From contig NW_024704742.1 of the NCBI RefSeq assembly GCF_018977255.1, positions 118,360,001-118,424,000 of the forward strand: 64,000 nt of DNA, written 5' to 3'. Positions 49,903 to 62,848 of this stretch are shown here, piece by piece (the first letter of the stretch is position 1; every line of letters starts with the position of its first letter). Under the pieces are notes generated by a model, which ran no database searches, was not told the origin of the DNA, and was given only the letters and a program-made list of their open reading frames with translations. The stretch is from Callorhinchus milii. Lineage: Eukaryota. The position numbers and the translations under genes were made by a program.

Positions 49903-51539
49903 CTGAAACACAAAGAAAACTCCATGAACACTTCTTTATTACAAATACAACAAATGCATGGCTAGACCTCTTCTAATGTGGCCAAGACAACCTGTTCATG
50001 TGGATGTTAAATATCCCATGGCACTATTGGAAAAGAGAAGGGAGTTTCTCCCGGTGTCCTGGCCAACAATCCCCCAAATAAAATTGATCACTCACTTTAT
50101 GGCTGTTTGGGGAACATTACTGTGTACAAGTTGGCTGCTGCATTCGCCCACGAAACACACAGTCACTCCACTTTAACCTGTGAAATGCTTTGGGACATCC
50201 TCTCGATATGAAAGGCTCTATACCAAATGTAAGGGTTGTTATTGCAGGGCCACTGAAAGCCACTGAGATCTCTCTGTATTACAAACAACTTGATTTATGA
50301 ATCATCTGTCTTCAGGTGCATTCATCTATCAATCATCTGTCTCCGGGTCTGTCTGTGGTGATCACAAGGCTCAGAAAAAGCTATTCATACAATAGCTTCA
50401 CACAACATCCATGACCTATACTCTACTGTATTGTTTTGTTGAAGGAAAAATCCAGAGCCATTTAACCCCTCACATTGCCTTAGTGAATGACAAACACATT
50501 TTTAGCACTTAATCACCACCTCCTGCATGGAAGGAGCTATATGAATGCAAGTTGTTGTTGTTGCTGAGTGTGTATTTAACTCATGCACAGGTAGAAATGG
50601 AACAGTGAAAATAGGACCAGGAAGGAATTGCCACTGGATAGTATGCCGTTTGGAAGAAGAGGCAGAAAACTCAAGATAACTCATGAACTCAATTAATAAG
50701 CAGATCATGAGGACACTCTTGACCATGTGATATTAATTAACTTAAATTGATTTAAATAACATGAGACGGCAGAGCTCCTAACTTAGAAATGAACCACATC
50801 ATAAGTGCTAATTGTTAATAGAGGAAGCATGCTCTTCCACGTCACAAAGCATAGCCCTGAGCATATTATACAGATCTGTAAATTAAAAATGTAGTCAAAA
50901 GTTCGCTCCAGCTGCTGTAATAATAAAGTATAGTTGCCACAACCATGAGTATAAATTAGTGTCAGGGCTAGGGAGGAGTGGTGGGCACAGGAACCATGCT
51001 GGAGGTAGAGAATGGTTAGCAGGGGCACCTCCTTGGTCATTCCTTCCCTTTTAACCAAGGTCATAGTTGCTGAGTCCCACGTATTTGCCTTTGTTTAATG
51101 TTTCTCCCTTACACCAGTGCTTCATCAAGTGTTAAGCCTCAATTACACTTTCATCCTTCTTGTGCCCGCTCTATCCCACACTCTCTCTCCCTCAATCCAT
51201 CTTCCTTTACCCCCACTCTCATACCCATTAACTTGGATATCTCTCTCCCTTCAACCCTTGTCCACTCCAACCTGGCTTCAGGTTTGTTCCTACCTCCCTT
51301 CTTTCTGGGGCTAGGACTCACCCATGGCCCTTCTGTTTTGACAATGAAAAACCAAGGTCCCATCTGCCTGTTCAAGTGGATGTTAAAGATCCCAAGGCAC
51401 TATTCAAAACTACAAGGGAGTTTCACCCAATGTCCTACCCAACACTCCCAATAAAACTAATCATTAACTTCATGGCTATTTGTGTGCAAATTTGGCTGCA
51501 CATTTGCCTACAAAACACTCAGTCACATCACTTTGCAGT

Positions 51540-51712
51540 ATGCAAAATACTGCAGATGTTGAAATCTGAAACAAAACATAAGTTGCTGGGAACACTCAGC
51601 AGGTCAGGCAACAATTATGGAGAAAGGAAAGTGAGTCAACGTTTCAGGTCCACGACCCTTCGTCAGAATGCGCTTCGTTGAGTTCAGACGAAGGGTCATG
51701 GACCGAAACTTT
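51540..51712. mobile_element. Penelope-like retroelement relic (inverted terminal repeat arrangement) with hammerhead motifs
   Basis: AAATACTGCAGATGTTGAAATCTGAAAC...GCTGGGAACACTCAGCAGGTCAGGCA...ACGTTTCAGGTCCACGACCCTTCGTCAGAA / TTCAGACGAAGGGTCATGGACCGAAAC. Confidence 0.7.
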
Positions 51713-52189
51713 GGGGGCTCGAGTGGAGTATAAACACTGGTATGGACTAGTTGGGCCGAATGGCCTGTTTCATCCTACGTAATTCTTTAAATGACACAAT
51801 GGAGTTGTGATGTGCTATGCCATTGCTGTGTAAGATCACTCAATCTGAGTGCCTGATGTCTGCCACAGAGGGCAGCTCACATTGCCTGTTTGCCCTCTCA
51901 TCAGGACTTTGCTCAGTGACACAAGGAATCCTATAGAAAACAAGGGATGACAATAGTTAATGCAGCTATTTCTCCTGCTCTATTCTCCTCCCCTGCTTCC
52001 CTGAAGTTGACTGAAAGTATGGTGCAAAAGGTCTTAAGGCGGGGAAGTAGAGGGTGAATGAAGGGCAGAATGGATTTCCAGAGAACAGGGCAGAATGTCT
52101 GAAAGCACACTGACAGTAGATTGGGCTAGGATTGGAGGACCAATGCAATTGGTAATACTGTATATACCATAATCAGTTATTATTAATAT

Positions 52190-53997
52190 TGAATAGAGCG
52201 GAGGCGGAGCCTGGGCCTAGCGATCAGCATGAAAGGAGCGGCTGAGGTAAGCTGGGAATTGTCGGAGCGACGAAAAAAAAACAAAAAGTGACGTTGGTGT
52301 GACTTCATTTTCAACAGCAGAACCAGGGAAACATCGGCAACAAGGAACTGTCAGAAACTACAACACCGACGGCAAATTAAAACAAAAAAGCAAAAATAAT
52401 ATATATATTTAAGACACTGTGTGAGAAGATGATGTGGCAAGTGAAATGCGAGGACTGTGATATGTGGGAGTTAATGGAGGGTGCCCTGAGCCTGGGCGAC
52501 TTCATCTATAGCAAGTGTCTGCAACTCAGGAAGCTCCAGCTGAGAGTAACTGAGCTGGAAGCCGAGGTGCAGACACTGTGCTCCATCAGCGACAGTGAGA
52601 GGTTCCTGGACAGTATGATGGAGGAAACCATCACTCCCCTGAGGCTCGGGAGATGCTTGCATCTGCTTAATGGTCAGGGACAGGATAGTTTTGTCTGTCT
52701 ACTAGATTTATTAGACAAGATTTGCCTTTAACAAATCTGTGCTGGCTGTCCCTAATTAACCAATAATCTTGTCTAACAAATCTAATAGAATTTTTCGATG
52801 AGGTAACTGAGAGGGTGGATAAAGGTAGTGCAGTTGATGTAGTTTATATGGACTTTCAAAAGGCATTTGACAAAGTGCCACATGAAAGATTTGTAAGAAA
52901 GATAGAAGCCCATGGTATAAAATGGACATCGGCAGCATGGATCCAGAACTGGCTGGGAGACAGAAAGCAGAGAGTTGTAGTGAATGGCTGCTTTTCTGAC
53001 TGGAGGGAAGTGTACAGTGGCATTCCTCAGGGATCGGTATTAGGACCACTGCTCTTCTTAATATACATAAATGATCTGGACTTGGGTATAGCAAGTACCA
53101 TTTCCAAGTTTGCGGACGACACAAAGTTAGGTAGGGTGGTAAACAGTGAGAAGGATAGGAGCCAACTGCAGGAAGACATAGACAGTATGATAAAATGGGC
53201 AGACACATGGCAGATGAGTTTCAATGTGGAGAAATGCGAGGTAATGCATTTTGGAAGAAAGAATGAGGGGAGGGAATATAGGCTGGTAATACAATCTTAA
53301 GGCGGGTAAAAGAACAGAGACCTAGGGGTGCAGGTAAATTATCCTTGAAGGTGGCAGAACAGGTAGATAAAGCTATAAAAAGGGCATATGGGATACTAGG
53401 CTTTATAAATAGGGGCATAGAGTACAAGAGGCAGGAGGTTATGATTAACCTATATAAAACACTGGTTAGGCCTCAGTTAGAATACTGCACCCAGTTCTGG
53501 GCACCACACTATAGGAAGGATGTTAAGGCATTGGAAAGGATGCAGAGGAGATTTACAAGAATGGTACCAGGAATGAGGGACCTTGATTATGAGGAAAGGC
53601 TAGAGAGGCTGGGATTATTCTCATTGGAGCAGAGAAGGTTAAGAGGAAACCTAATAGAGGTTTTCAAAATCATGAGGGGATTTGATAGGGAATAATTGTT
53701 TCCACTGGTGGGTGTGTCGGTGACTCGAGGTCACAGATTTAAAATGGTCTCTAAAAGAAGCAGAGGGGAGGTGAGAAGAAAGTTTTTCACACAACGAGTT
53801 GTTTGAATCTGGAACGCATTGCCTGAAAGGGTGGTTGAGGCCGATTCGATAACAACTTTTAAAAACGCGGTGAATGAGTATTTGAGGAGGACGGGTTTGC
53901 AGGGTTATGGGGAAAGGGCTGGGGAGTGGGATTGACATTACATTGCTCTTTTCAAAGAGCCGGCACAGCCTCTTTTTGTGCTGTACAATTCTATGAT
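52190..53997 (+). mobile_element. CR1-type LINE with 5' UTR, ORF1 N-terminus, internal deletion/inversion and ORF2 RT through to the 3' end
   Basis: ORF1-like CEDCDMW...SKCLQLRKLQLRVTELEAEV (Cys motif plus coiled coil); ORF2 [36 protein letters not shown]; 3' tail GTGCTGTACAATTCTATGATT. Confidence 0.95.
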
Positions 53998-54129
53998 TAA
54001 AGACATTTGATTCCCTCTTTGGACACGACTTAGGGAACTTGCAAACTAAACCCTATGTTATGTCCCATATACCCTGGGGCTTTCCTTTAATCCAATAAAG
54101 GAACCATTTCATGTCCCATCAATACCAAC

Positions 54130-54287
54130 CTCTGTTCCCCAGACTCTGAACGCCTTCTCTAGACGCAACGAGTTCATAGCATATGCTCCAAAGTTGTCAA
54201 TTCCAAATTCCTGCCCTGCTTCCATGATAGCATTGTAGAGGGCAGCAGTGTCCTGCTGTCTGAGGTACAGCTCCCAGCCAAGCTCAC
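54130..54287 (-). CDS. DMGDH: DMGDH exon (equivalent to exon 13)
   Basis: (G)[52 protein letters not shown]; 158 nt. Confidence 0.96.
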
Positions 54288-54719
54288 CTGCAATTAAAAA
54301 TGAGGAGTAAGCCAACCCTTAGCCATACTTAAAGAAGACATACCACTGACACCCCCTCTTTGTTTCAAACTAAGAACAGTGCAACCAAATGTCTATTCTA
54401 TACCCTTTTGTCTTCACAGAGCTGGTTTTCCCACTAATGTAGCCAGTTTGAAAGTGATTTATTTGCAAATCTGTGACTCAGTGAAAAAACAGCAAAAACA
54501 TTGTTCACTTGTGAAATTATGTTAATAGAAATCACACATAGATCACTCACCCGTCCTACCAATAGGAGTAGTTGCCTTTTCAATGTACCAAAATTTATGT
54601 TCTAAAATTTTGCCAGCTGAAAATGTTGTTTACCATTGAACTTGCTGCTGTGGAGATCTCCTACTATACTGCTGCCATCTGAGCCCCAGGTTAGTCAATA
54701 CTGTGCGTCTGACACCCAC

Positions 54720-54937
54720 CTGTGAAGGAAATCCTCATAGCATTGAGGTGAATGCCAGCCAGAGTGACAGGCTTACACTGCAGGAATTTAAACGCTGATC
54801 CACTCAAATCTGCCTTTGTGAGTTTCTGCAGAACCTTGCGAGCAAATGGCCCAGTTACACCCAGCACCGCCATCTCATCCGTAATATTCTGGATGTCGAC
54901 CTCGTATCCACCACTTATTGCCTTTTCCTCTATATAC
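54720..54937 (-). CDS. DMGDH: DMGDH exon (equivalent to exon 12)
   Basis: (R)[40 protein letters not shown]...AMRISFT(G); 218 nt. Confidence 0.96.
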
Positions 54938-56264
54938 CTGGATTAATGAAGACCGAAGTTTAGGTGGGTAGTAAGGCTCCAGGCACTCCTTTTAAATAAC
55001 ATTAAAAAACACATGGGAAAACACACACTATTTATACTATCCAAGAAAGGACTTGCATTTGATATCCTTTGTCATATCTTTTATGAAACATTTTAAAGTG
55101 TTTTACAAGTTATTACCTTAAAGTATAGGCAAACACAGCTGCCATTTACACCAGCAACGTCCCACAGACAACTATGAGGTGAATAATCGATTCAGTTGAA
55201 AGATTATTGGCCAGAAAATGAGAAGAAACACTGTTCCCTTTTCTTTTTTATATACATTTTGTGTGTCCAATTATTTTTCTAATTTTTCTCACCACTGGTA
55301 ACAACAAAAATAACTTGCATTTATAGGACCTTTCACATGGGTAGCATCTCAAATTGCTTAAAATGGCATATGTTTCTGTACTCCTGGTTTGACCTCCTTG
55401 TTTGAGTTTGGTACCATGGGTTCTGATTGCCCTCTGCTTCCCTGTGCAAGTGACCATTCTTATCTTTGGAAGTTCCATGTGTAGGTGGGATGCATGGAAA
55501 TCCCAGTTTGGTTTGGATACTCTTAAGCATGGTGATGGGTTTCCGCATGTATGGGATAGTGTCAGTAGGCCATCCAACTGTAGAGGGCATCACAGCCAAG
55601 CCTAACCTCTTCCCAACAGGCTGCCATACACACACACAACCAGTAGAGGATGCTGTAGAAGAATCAGGAGCAGAAACCATCTGCTTTTCCCTCCCTAATT
55701 GTGGGAAGACTGGGGCTAATTTAACCTCCGTCCATAGCCTGGCTGAAACCAGCAACTCCCAGCACTGACTGGTCTTCAAAAGAGATGATGAGAGGTCCCA
55801 TTTGCCTGTTCAGGTGGATGTTAAAGATCCCATGGCACTATTCGAAAAGGGAAGAGAGTTTCTCCCAGTGTCGTGGACAACAATCCACCCCTACATGCAA
55901 TTGATGATTCACTTCATGGCTGTTTTGGGGGCGTTGCTGTGTGCAAATGGTTTACCGCATTCATCCACATAAACAAGTCATCCCTTTAGAGTAAATCCCA
56001 TGAAGCACTTTGAGACGACCTCCTAATGTGAAAGCCACTGCCAAATGTAAGGATTATCATTTATTATTAAGGAGGTCATTCAGTTAATGGCTGTTTCTAT
56101 TTTATCGTTGTGTGCAAATGAGCTGCGGTGTTCGCCTACAAAAACACAATCAGTATATTTGATATACAGCATATCCTGTGAAACGCTTTGAGATGTTTTG
56201 ACAAGGTGATAAGTTGCTATATGAAGTACAGGTATTATAACCTGGGGTGATTTGGTGCCATTCA

Positions 56265-56865
56265 GCATATTGGTGATTCTTAACATTGCTCGCCTCCGTC
56301 ACTACCTCTCCCCTCAGGCCACCGAGACCCTTATTCATGCTTTCATCACATCCAGGTTAAACTGTCTGCACACTGGACTTCCCAACTCTTCCCTCCACAA
56401 GCTATGGACCATCCAGAACTCTGCAGCTCGTGTCCCCCTCCACTGGCTCCGTATTTTCAAGAGGATTGAGTTCAAGATCCTTGTCCTCCCTCTTAAATCT
56501 CTCCATGGTCTTGCCTCATCCTACCTCTATGATCTTCTAAAACCCTACCAACTCCCACAACCCCACCCACCCTCACCCACTCACTCTTCTCAGCAGGCAC
56601 TTGCTTTCTGACTCACCATTGGTGCCCCCCATTCTCTGGAAATCCATCCTGGAATCTCTCTACCTCGCTCCTTTACTCACCTTCAACATCCGTCTCAAGA
56701 CCTTCCTCTTTCATCTTGATTTCAGTCATCTACACCCCACCCACCTCTCCTTGGCCCCCACACCCCCCAAATCCCAGTCCCAGTTCAGGTGCAAACTCTC
56801 GAATGTTCAGCACTTTGGGACATCCTCCCGACATGACATATGTTATAAATGTAATTTGTTGTAGT
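56265..56865 (+). mobile_element. L2-clade LINE 3' fragment
   Basis: [26 protein letters not shown]...IQNSAAR...IEFKILVL. Confidence 0.9.
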
Positions 56866-57529
56866 TGTATTGACCAATTGTTCTATCAATAACTGCAGTT
56901 TCTGAGACAGTCACCAGGAGGTGATGCTGACCAGCTGGTAAGCTTTGTTTGCCCATAAGAAACCTGGCGATAGGCCAATAGCAATAACAGCTTGCATTTA
57001 TACAGTTCCCTTCAGGCGGGGCAGCATCCCGGAGGCCAATACCAGTGTGTGAAGCACTACTACAGCAGAAGAAAGTAGAAGGCAATCAAGTTTGTGCTCA
57101 GTGTTAGCCATACGATCACTTACTTGTAGGAAAAAGGATCCATTTTGTCAAGGACGCACAGCACAGATTAGCAAGGGGAGTTCAGGCTTGACCAATTTAT
57201 TGGAGTTTTATTTGTGATTTTATTGATGTCAAGGTGGATGAGGGAAATGTAGTGGATGTCAAGCCAGTTATGCAATTTTCTTAGATCTTTTAATCCAATT
57301 CACCCTTCTTTTCTCCATATTCTACAATACCATTACTTCCCAGGTATCTATCTTTCTTTATCTATATCTTATCCCAGCCTATAAACCGTATTGACTTTGA
57401 TGCTCTAGTGAGGAATGCAGCCATTCTCCGATGGGCACTGCAGAAAATTAGGAAGGAAAGCAATACAAGCAGAGTACGATTTTTTTTACCTTTTAAAAAA
57501 ATGTTTAAAATGACAAATATCTTGCTCAC

Positions 57530-57660
57530 CTGAGGTCATGGAGCTCAGAGCCTGATCCTGTCACAAGCAGGAACTCTCCTTCTGATAGATGACTGATTGT
57601 CATCTCAGCATAGACCTGGCCTCTAGCAGTAATCATGTGACTGATATTTATGTGGCCAGC
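57530..57660 (-). CDS. DMGDH: DMGDH exon (equivalent to exon 11)
   Basis: Translated by hand, absent from the ORF track: [43 protein letters not shown](R); acceptor TAG|, donor |GTGAG; 131 nt. Confidence 0.95.
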
Positions 57661-58705
57661 CTATAGAGGTGAAAGTAAGATGAACAAAATGGAAGAATAC
57701 ATTTAATATAAGGCAGCTAAAATGGTCACACTTCCCCTGCTCAGCCCTTAATCAATACTGTGAACAAAACAAACAGAAAATATTCATTTTCTCTCTCTCT
57801 CTGTCACTTTGGTCAGGTTTTCTCATAGTTGCTTCTTTTTGTTTATTTTGAACAAAGTATCTTCACAGCAAAATAGCTAACCTTGAAGATTGCGCAGGCG
57901 GCAAAAGGTTCAAACTGTTCATTCACACCCTACAACAGGAACCTAGCCGCCCAGAGAAGAATATGAAATATCTTGCAACCTGGTATTTCTGCAACAGTTG
58001 GCAAAAGACTAAGATTTGAGTCAGAAAGACCCTGAGGTTATTAAAGTTCCTTCCGTGAAAAAAAGTTAGCTTTCACATTCTGGAGAATTCTCAATGTATA
58101 GAGAACATTCATTGTGCCATAAGATATTTGGGAACGGGAGTCGGAGAAGGACAGAAAAACAATGTATGAGTGGGACAGAGCTGCAGGTCTCGCTACGGAT
58201 TTGTCCATTTTTTATAACTATTTTTCATTTTAACTTTCCTTCCCCAAACAATTTTTGAACTTCACATACTTTTGTATGGCAATAAACTTCTATCTGTAAT
58301 GCAAGAGCATAAAAATTGTCTTGCTTCAGTGACATTTCCCATCACCAGGCTTTCAAAACGATAAACAAAGTAAATGATCTCTTAAGCAGATACACTCAAT
58401 TGTTCATTGTTTGCCTACAAAATACACAATCACTTCATTTTACAGTAAATCCTTTGAGACGTCCTCCCGAAGTGAAAACTACAGCACCAAATGCAACGAT
58501 TATTATTCTTTAGTGGGAATGTAAATTGATATTGCAACTAAAACAATATTAAAGATTTCCAGCTGACACCATCTACTACGTAAAGTTCATTCAATAATGC
58601 TCTGTATACAACATTTTTGAGAGTTAACTGTCAGCAAGACAAGAGTCTAAATTATATGAATCTGCAGCAGTCATAATTTCTCACATTCACAGTTCCAGGT
58701 CTGTA

Positions 58706-59556
58706 ACGACAACAACAACAAAATTACATTTGTAAGGCGCCTTTCATGTCGGAAAGATGTCCCAAGGCGCTGAACAGTCAGGGACAGGACCCGAGCATGG
58801 GGTGGGGGCAGGGTTGGGGTGAGGGAGGTAGAGGGGGTAGGAGGGCGGCTGAAGGCACGGTCGAAAAAGGGTCTTGAGGACGAGAATTTTCAATTTTATC
58901 CTCTGAGGGATAGGGAGCCAGTGGAGCTGGCGAGGGTGGGGTCAATGGGGTCACGGAGCCTGGTGAGGGAGAGGACATGAGCTGCAAAGTTCTGGATGAT
59001 TTGCAGCTTGTGGAGGGAAGAGTTGGGCAGGCCGACAAGGAGGAGTTTCCATAGTCGAGCCTTGAGGTGACGAATGCGTGTATGAGGGTTTCGATGGCCT
59101 GAGGGGTGAGGCTGTGGTGGAATCGGGCAATGTTGTGGATGTGGGGGAAGGCAGAGCGGGTCATAGCACGGATATGGGGGAGAAAGGACAATTGAGGGTC
59201 GAACATTGGTGGAGTGTGCAACCGTGGATGCTGATACTGCCGGTGTCTGAGGTGCGGAGCGCTGGCACGAGCCAATCAGGAGAGCCTCAGTCTTGCTGAC
59301 ATTCAGCTGTAGAAAGTTGGCTCTCATCCAGGACTTGATGTCAGGACGTCAGTTGTCCTGGAATCGAGGGTGGAGACAGAGAGAGAGTTGGGTGTCATCC
59401 GCGTCCAGGTGGAAGCTGACCCCATGTCTGTGGATGATATCACCAAGTGGGAGCGCGTAGAGGTTGAAGAGGAGGGGACCGAGACAGAGCCCTGAGGAAC
59501 ACCACACGAGACTGTGCGGGGCCTGGAAGAGAAACTATTGGCGGAGACAAATTGGA
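58706..59556 (-). mobile_element. L2-clade LINE with internal deletions, starting about 20 bp from a DMGDH splice donor
   Basis: [12 protein letters not shown]..., [34 protein letters not shown]. Confidence 0.93.
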
Positions 59557-59576
59557 GACGTGCAACTATAGCTTAC

Positions 59577-59742
59577 CTTTGGCATAACATTTGCAAACAG
59601 ATGATCCAGGAGTTTTATGGAGTCCTTTCCTTTCACAGTAAATTTACCAAAGGGTGTAAGGTCCATGACTCCCACTTTCTCCATTACATGTTTGCACTCT
59701 CGGTGAACTGGCTCAAACCAGTTTGTGCGACGAAAACTGGGT
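59577..59742 (-). CDS. DMGDH: DMGDH exon (equivalent to exon 10)
   Basis: (R)[55 protein letters not shown]; 166 nt. Confidence 0.96.
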
Positions 59743-62694
59743 CTGTGATGGATTAAGTAATTTATTTCTTTATTGAGTCCATGGTTTTCCTGATATTCTA
59801 CATGGTTTTCCTCATAACTATAACAACTTTTAGGACACTTCAAGCGCGATAAGTGTCTTGGAGTGCATAAACAGCTGAAGAAGTTATGAAGCTTGTGAAA
59901 GGAAGTCACTTCTGAACATGAGCACCTCCTTTATTCGAAAACAAAACTTACAACCACAGGACTTTTTCTTATGTAAGTCATTAATCAAGCAACTCTGGGC
60001 CTCAAACACATCTCTGCAAAAGGTCATCTTGCACTTCAAAGGATGAAGTGTACAATAATACCTATATGAAAGCAGTGCTGCAACTTAAGGCTTTCGGCCA
60101 AAACACTTAAATCAAGAGTGATTCTTGGAATCGCTGACTTAATTATTTACAAGTATTCCCCAAATCTCTAGTATTTTAGAAAAATAAATTAAAAAATGCT
60201 AATTTTGTTTTTGGCAAAAGACCTGTTTTTTCAGTGTTCTAAATGAGATATATAAATTGCATTTCCACATCTGGTTTTGTGCTCTTGAAATGCTGGATGG
60301 TGATTTTCATAGGATTTATTTCGATCGCAATTACAAAAATAATATCCAAATGAATCTGTCTATAACTGGCATTACTGCAGTCCTTGTAACTGCCTCACTC
60401 ACCAGCATTATTATTGTTTATTATTTAACAAATTTAACATTAGATTTTCATAAATCAATGGAATTAAATGTCCTTGGCTCAGGACGCTGAAACCACAATT
60501 TACCTTACAGATACACAAATCTGGTACAGTATTGAGAATTTCAAAGCCTGCTGAATATTTACCAAATTAATCCTGAAGCAGATGGCAAAGGCTACACAAA
60601 CTTAGCACTTGTGTTTTCAAGGCCCCATAAAAAAACACTTCATTTTTTTGAATTACTAAATATAAATGTGCTGGAGAGCCATGCATACACTATAGACCAA
60701 TGTTAGAATCTGACCAAAAAAAGGAGTTATAAAAATCAAAGAAGGTTCACATTTGAACGAAAGTGATATTTGGAATAGCATCTGAGGCCAACCTAGAAAT
60801 TGCAGTTTCCCTTTCTGATATGTCTTTATCTCTCCCCAGTCAATCTCCTGAGCAAATAGTTCCAAAAGCACAAAACAAACAAAACAATAACGAAGGTCAG
60901 AGGAACTTTACTTTACAGCCACACACTTCTAGATCATTCCTATGTGGTACATTATTGTATCTTTCATGTTATCTGAAATGTTGTACACTGACCAGCGCCT
61001 TGGGACGTCCTCCTGACGTGAAAGGCGCTATACAAATGTAATCTTATTGTTGTTGTTATTTGATCTTGTCCAATAATAAAGTAGTTTTATCTCATGATTA
61101 TCAGCAAACTGACTGAAACAATCACACATTCAGCCAATTATTAGAGGGACAATTATTTTAATGAGCAAAACTAATATGTCCTCTTTGGCTAAACGTATGC
61201 TAGTTTAATCAAAATTGGAAGTATTTAACAACAATGAAAACAATAATCTTTGCATTTGATATAGTGCCTTTAATGTTAAAATGTCTCACGAGGAATTGTT
61301 GCCAACTGTAATAAGAGCCTATTTGCACAGGAATGGCCCACAACAGCCATGAACAGGAAAACAACTTGTCAAAAAAATGCCTGAAAAATCAGATAAAAGA
61401 TCTTTACTGACTTTAGAGATTCAAAAGAATTGGGTTCTTTTATCTAAAAAAAATGGAGTCACAAACCAGAAGTTGCTGTTATTAGTCCTTTAACTTACAG
61501 CCTTTTGTTCATGGGATAGCCAATGTACAGTATTTAATTTTTATTAAATGTTAAAAGGTCGCATTACACTTTGAAATCTTTGTGTGTCTTTCTGCCTTTC
61601 TCTCCCTCATCTTCTATCTCCATCCCCCTCTCTTTGCCTATTGTTTCTTTCTGTAGATTTGTTTTCTCTGTGTTCTTCATTCTGTCTGTTCTTCACTCTT
61701 TTGTTTCTCTTTTGTCAGTATTTCTCTGCAACCTTTGTCTCTGTCAGTTCCGAATTTTCTCACCTTCATTTATTCTTTTCCACATCCCTCTTTCCTAACA
61801 TTCTCACTCTCCTTCACATCTCTTTCCCACTGAGTCATTCACACTCTTCTGCTCTTCAGCCTCCAAAATGATCCTCCAAAATGGTTTCTTATAAAGATGC
61901 TTAATGGAGTAGAGAAAGTAAGCGCAGAACAACTTCAGATATGCCAAGACAGCAGGACAAGAAGGCACAAATTCAGGGTTGTGAAACGTAAGTTTAGAAC
62001 AAACACCAGGAAGTATTTATTTAAGAGGAAATCAACAGTTGTTTTCCATGTGCTAATTGTCTTCCACCTTCAGCTTAGCTACTCTTTTCAGTCAATAAAC
62101 TTTTAGCATTTATTTGTATCAAGATTTTGGTTTTCCAGCAATTATTGTACCTTACTCTTCCAGATTAGAAAATGTTGTTAGAGACAATGAACTTCATTAG
62201 AACTTCAGAGTTCTCAAAAGCATTAATTCATTTTATTATTTTAAATGAAATGTTGATGATATTTCTTTAACATCCAGATTTGTTTAATTTTTCTTTATAA
62301 ACCCTATACGACATTCAACACCAGTTTAAAAAACTGCATCTTTAAAAACTAAAAAAAAGGGTCTATGTACAGAGATGTGTTTCAGTTCTTTAAACATTCA
62401 TGTCATATTTTAAGCACTTTGAGACATCCTCCTGTCATGAATGGTACTATATAAATATAAATTGTAATGTATAGACATTCAAGCGGGTTTGGAACATGAT
62501 ACTGAATCATATCATATCAGTTAGGTGGCGCAGAAATGTTCAAATCAGATTTATTCAGATAGTCTTATCTGTCTTAATTAGGTGCATTCTTCACAGCTGA
62601 GTTCATAGAGGCACTAGAAAAGCAGTTCTCTAAGACAAACCGCTGGTTTTCTCTCCACAGAGTGTTTACACCGAGATGTTCAGTATTTCCTTAC

Positions 62695-62848
62695 CTATAT
62701 CCGGTTTTATCTCCAGGTTTGTAAAACCAATGTGGCTGCTCCCAGCCGGCATGGAATCCCATAGATGACTTGGACTTTAGGGTTTCATAAACCCCACTTA
62801 TTCTTTCTGTTGGTCTTCCTCCAAATCGTTCCTCTTTGGGGTATCCAA
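62695..62848 (-). CDS. DMGDH: DMGDH exon (equivalent to exon 9)
   Basis: [50 protein letters not shown](R); acceptor TTAG|, donor |GTAAGG; 154 nt. Confidence 0.95.

Larger units (their letters stand above)
48263..62848 (-). other. DMGDH: Dimethylglycine dehydrogenase gene, 3' part (last 8 coding exons); the gene continues beyond the right edge of the window
   Basis: Eight exons splice in frame into the folate-binding (GCV-T/aminomethyltransferase-like) C-terminal half: [39 protein letters not shown]. Exon numbering below follows the 16-exon mammalian structure as I recall it. Confidence 0.96.

Noticed and set aside
61571..61871. Hydrophobic membrane-protein-like ORFs
   Set aside because: Low-complexity CT-rich intronic sequence that yields Leu/Phe/Ser by composition
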